Source of the DNA: an uncultured Holophagales bacterium
GTDB taxonomy: Bacteria > Acidobacteriota > Thermoanaerobaculia > Multivoradales > UBA5704
NCBI GenBank assembly: GCA_963842525.1
Contig: CAWJGT010000011.1
Location: 198,002 to 262,001, forward strand
Length of the DNA stretch: 64,000 bases
Direction of reading: 5' to 3'
A program made the translations under genes and the position numbers. Below the pieces are notes generated by a model that was given only the letters and a program-made list of their open reading frames with translations, was not told the origin of the DNA and searched no databases. This document shows positions 62,295 through 64,000 of this stretch, piece by piece. The stretch's first letter is position 1; every line of letters starts with the position of its first letter.

Positions 62295-62480
62295 GCCCAG
62301 AGTATACCAGAGAGGGCGCTGTCGCGTCCAAGGGAAACGTACCTCTCCAAAGCCTCTCAGTCAGACCTCTCGTGCGCCGGCAGGAAGAGGCCGGCCCACG
62401 AGGTCTCCCGATCCTGCGATTCCGGCGGAGTACTGGACGATCTCGCCGAACTCTCGTGTGCGCCGACAACGACCGCATGG

Positions 62481-62543
62481 CGCAGAACGCTCAGCATCAG
62501 TTGCGGCGCGCAGCGCCGTCAGCTGCATGCTGTTGTTCGGCGA
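62481..62543 (-). other. integron attC site
   Basis: Minus strand GCCGAAC-AACAGCATGCAGCTGACGGCGC..GCGCCGCAACTGATGCTGAGC-GTTCTGC; imperfect palindrome with extrahelical bases. Confidence 0.75.
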
Positions 62544-62616
62544 CGGTTCACGAGGAGCAACACTCCACTCGTTCTCGCTAAGACCGAGGCCGTCGGTGAT
62601 CCCATTCCAGCCACAC

Positions 62617-63317
62617 CTACACCCCCAACTTCTCCTTCAGCCGGTTGGTGGTCAGATGCTTTACGACGTCGAACGGCTCGCACACGCCGCTGGCGGAGGT
62701 GAACTCGATCGGCCCCACATCCCGCGCAACCTTCAGAGCCGCCTCGTTCAACACAGCGCTCCGCTTTCCGATCCCCATCAGCGCCGCACCCATAGACAGG
62801 CGGACCTTCTCCGACTCCGTCCCGATCGTGTCCGCGATGCGCTCGACATGGGCGAGGAAGAACTCCTCGCTCGGCGCCCTCTTGCCGGAGAACTTCGACG
62901 CCTCATAGAGCAGCCCGTAACCGCAATCGCGGCGTACGGGATCGTCGCTCCTGACCCACGGTCGGCAAGCTCGACCACGAATGACGTCTTCGCGAGCGTT
63001 GCGTCGCAGGAAGCAAACACGTATGCCAGCATGCCGCCGGCCAACTCCTCGACCTGTCTTTCGGCCTGGTCACGGGTGATTTGCGCGGGATCGTCGACGA
63101 GAAGAGCGATCACTCTGGCTTCGTAGACGTCGGTCTTCCAGAGCGCGTGCGCGAGCTCCCGGTTGCGCCCAATCCCTTTGGCCAGCTTGCGCAGCCGTGT
63201 CAGCCCAATTCCGTAACTCCTCATCCCCGCGGTGCCCGAGCCCAGCTTCTCCCAGTTGCTCATGCCCCGCTCGTCGCGTTCAGCGTCGAGCAGAGCGAGG
63301 ACTTCGGAAACGGTCAT
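62617..63317 (-). CDS. DNA alkylation repair protein (AlkD-like); frameshift near 62955
   Basis: YGIGLTRLRKLAKGIGRNRELAHALW..VYEAR; lies between two attC sites. Confidence 0.8.
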
Positions 63318-63460
63318 CAGAGATATCCTATTCTAGTTTAGTGACGTCGTGCGAACCGTGGAGTATTGCCTCACGACGATCAGTAGCCCACATCCACGAC
63401 CAGGTGGGCCAGGTCCATGGATCTCGCGCCCGGTGACGGGTCAGTGCTCCCACGGACGCG

Positions 63461-63540
63461 TCGCCGAACGGCGAATGAGTTCAGCGGCACCGCCCGGGCG
63501 AATGCCCGGGTGGTGTCCGCTGCAACGAGGGGTTAGACGA
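63461..63540 (-). other. integron attC site
   Basis: Minus strand GTCTAAC-CCCTCGTTGCAGCGGACACC..GGTGCCGCTGAACTCATTCGCC-GTTCGGC. Confidence 0.82.
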
Positions 63541-63671
63541 CGGCGCGGCGACCGCTGTGAAGTGTTCTGCTGGAAGAACACAAGGTTCACGCTGGCTGGT
63601 GTCCACTGCGCGACATGAGGTCGTTTCGAGTCTAGCCGCGGACCGCACCGACGTTCTGCAGTTGCGGGACC

Positions 63672-63896
63672 TCAGCTGGAAGGTGTCCGATGCTTCCTGA
63701 CGAACGCGCCTAACCGAAGCTGCGAATCGAAGTCGTTGGACTCCTTGGCGGTCTCCGCGAGCTCTCGAAGCTGCGAGTTTGTCTCGAGGCAGGGCTTGCA
63801 GAAGGTGAAGCCGGTTCGAAAGACGATTCGCGAGTCCGTAGCGAGGTGAGTTCCACAGAAGTCGCAGTTGATGATGTGCGGCTGGTCGTGGAGCAT
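63672..63896 (-). CDS. small Zn-finger hypothetical cassette protein
   Basis: CDFC...CKPC; RBS GGGAG; lies between an attC and a probable further attC edge (GTCTA at the window end). Confidence 0.55.
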   Translation of the reverse strand: MLHDQPHIINCDFCGTHLATDSRIVFRTGFTFCKPCLETNSQLRELAETAKESNDFDSQLRLGAFVRKHRTPSS

Positions 63897-64000
63897 TGGG
63901 TTCTCCCGTGGTAGGCGTTGCACGTGTATTGTGCCAAATCCGTAGTTCTAATGGCCGGCGCCGGCGTTGCGATGCGCACGATTGTTCCGACCGTCGTCTA

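Overview
GC-rich bacterial chromosome segment whose gene content resembles Acidobacteriota (Thermoanaerobaculia-like; inference). Housekeeping genes include purSQLF, hemF, mutM-dinB-udk-queD, mtaB, a tricorn protease, a BlaI/BlaR1-type pair and tRNA-Sec. Accessory DNA includes an IS110/IS1111-type element inserted in a REP hairpin with a readable bridge/seekRNA, a decayed island at selC, a defence patch (N6-adenine MTase split by an unclassified IS, a Dsr1-like SIR2 protein, TA modules) and attC gene cassettes at the right end. About a dozen single-base frameshifts, several in short G/C runs, suggest long-read errors. Best candidates for undescribed biology: (1) a histone-fold-like protein in an apparent operon with a membrane Ser/Thr kinase (48902-52048); (2) a CTAG-flanked, hairpin-ended IS with no recognisable DDE transposase (31430-33209); (3) two tandem 18-aa micropeptide genes (14928-15091); (4) three unrelated non-coding arrays phased at 19-21 bp (12768-13300, 40083-40535, 60754-61193). 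All calls were made by eye from motifs; no database search was run.
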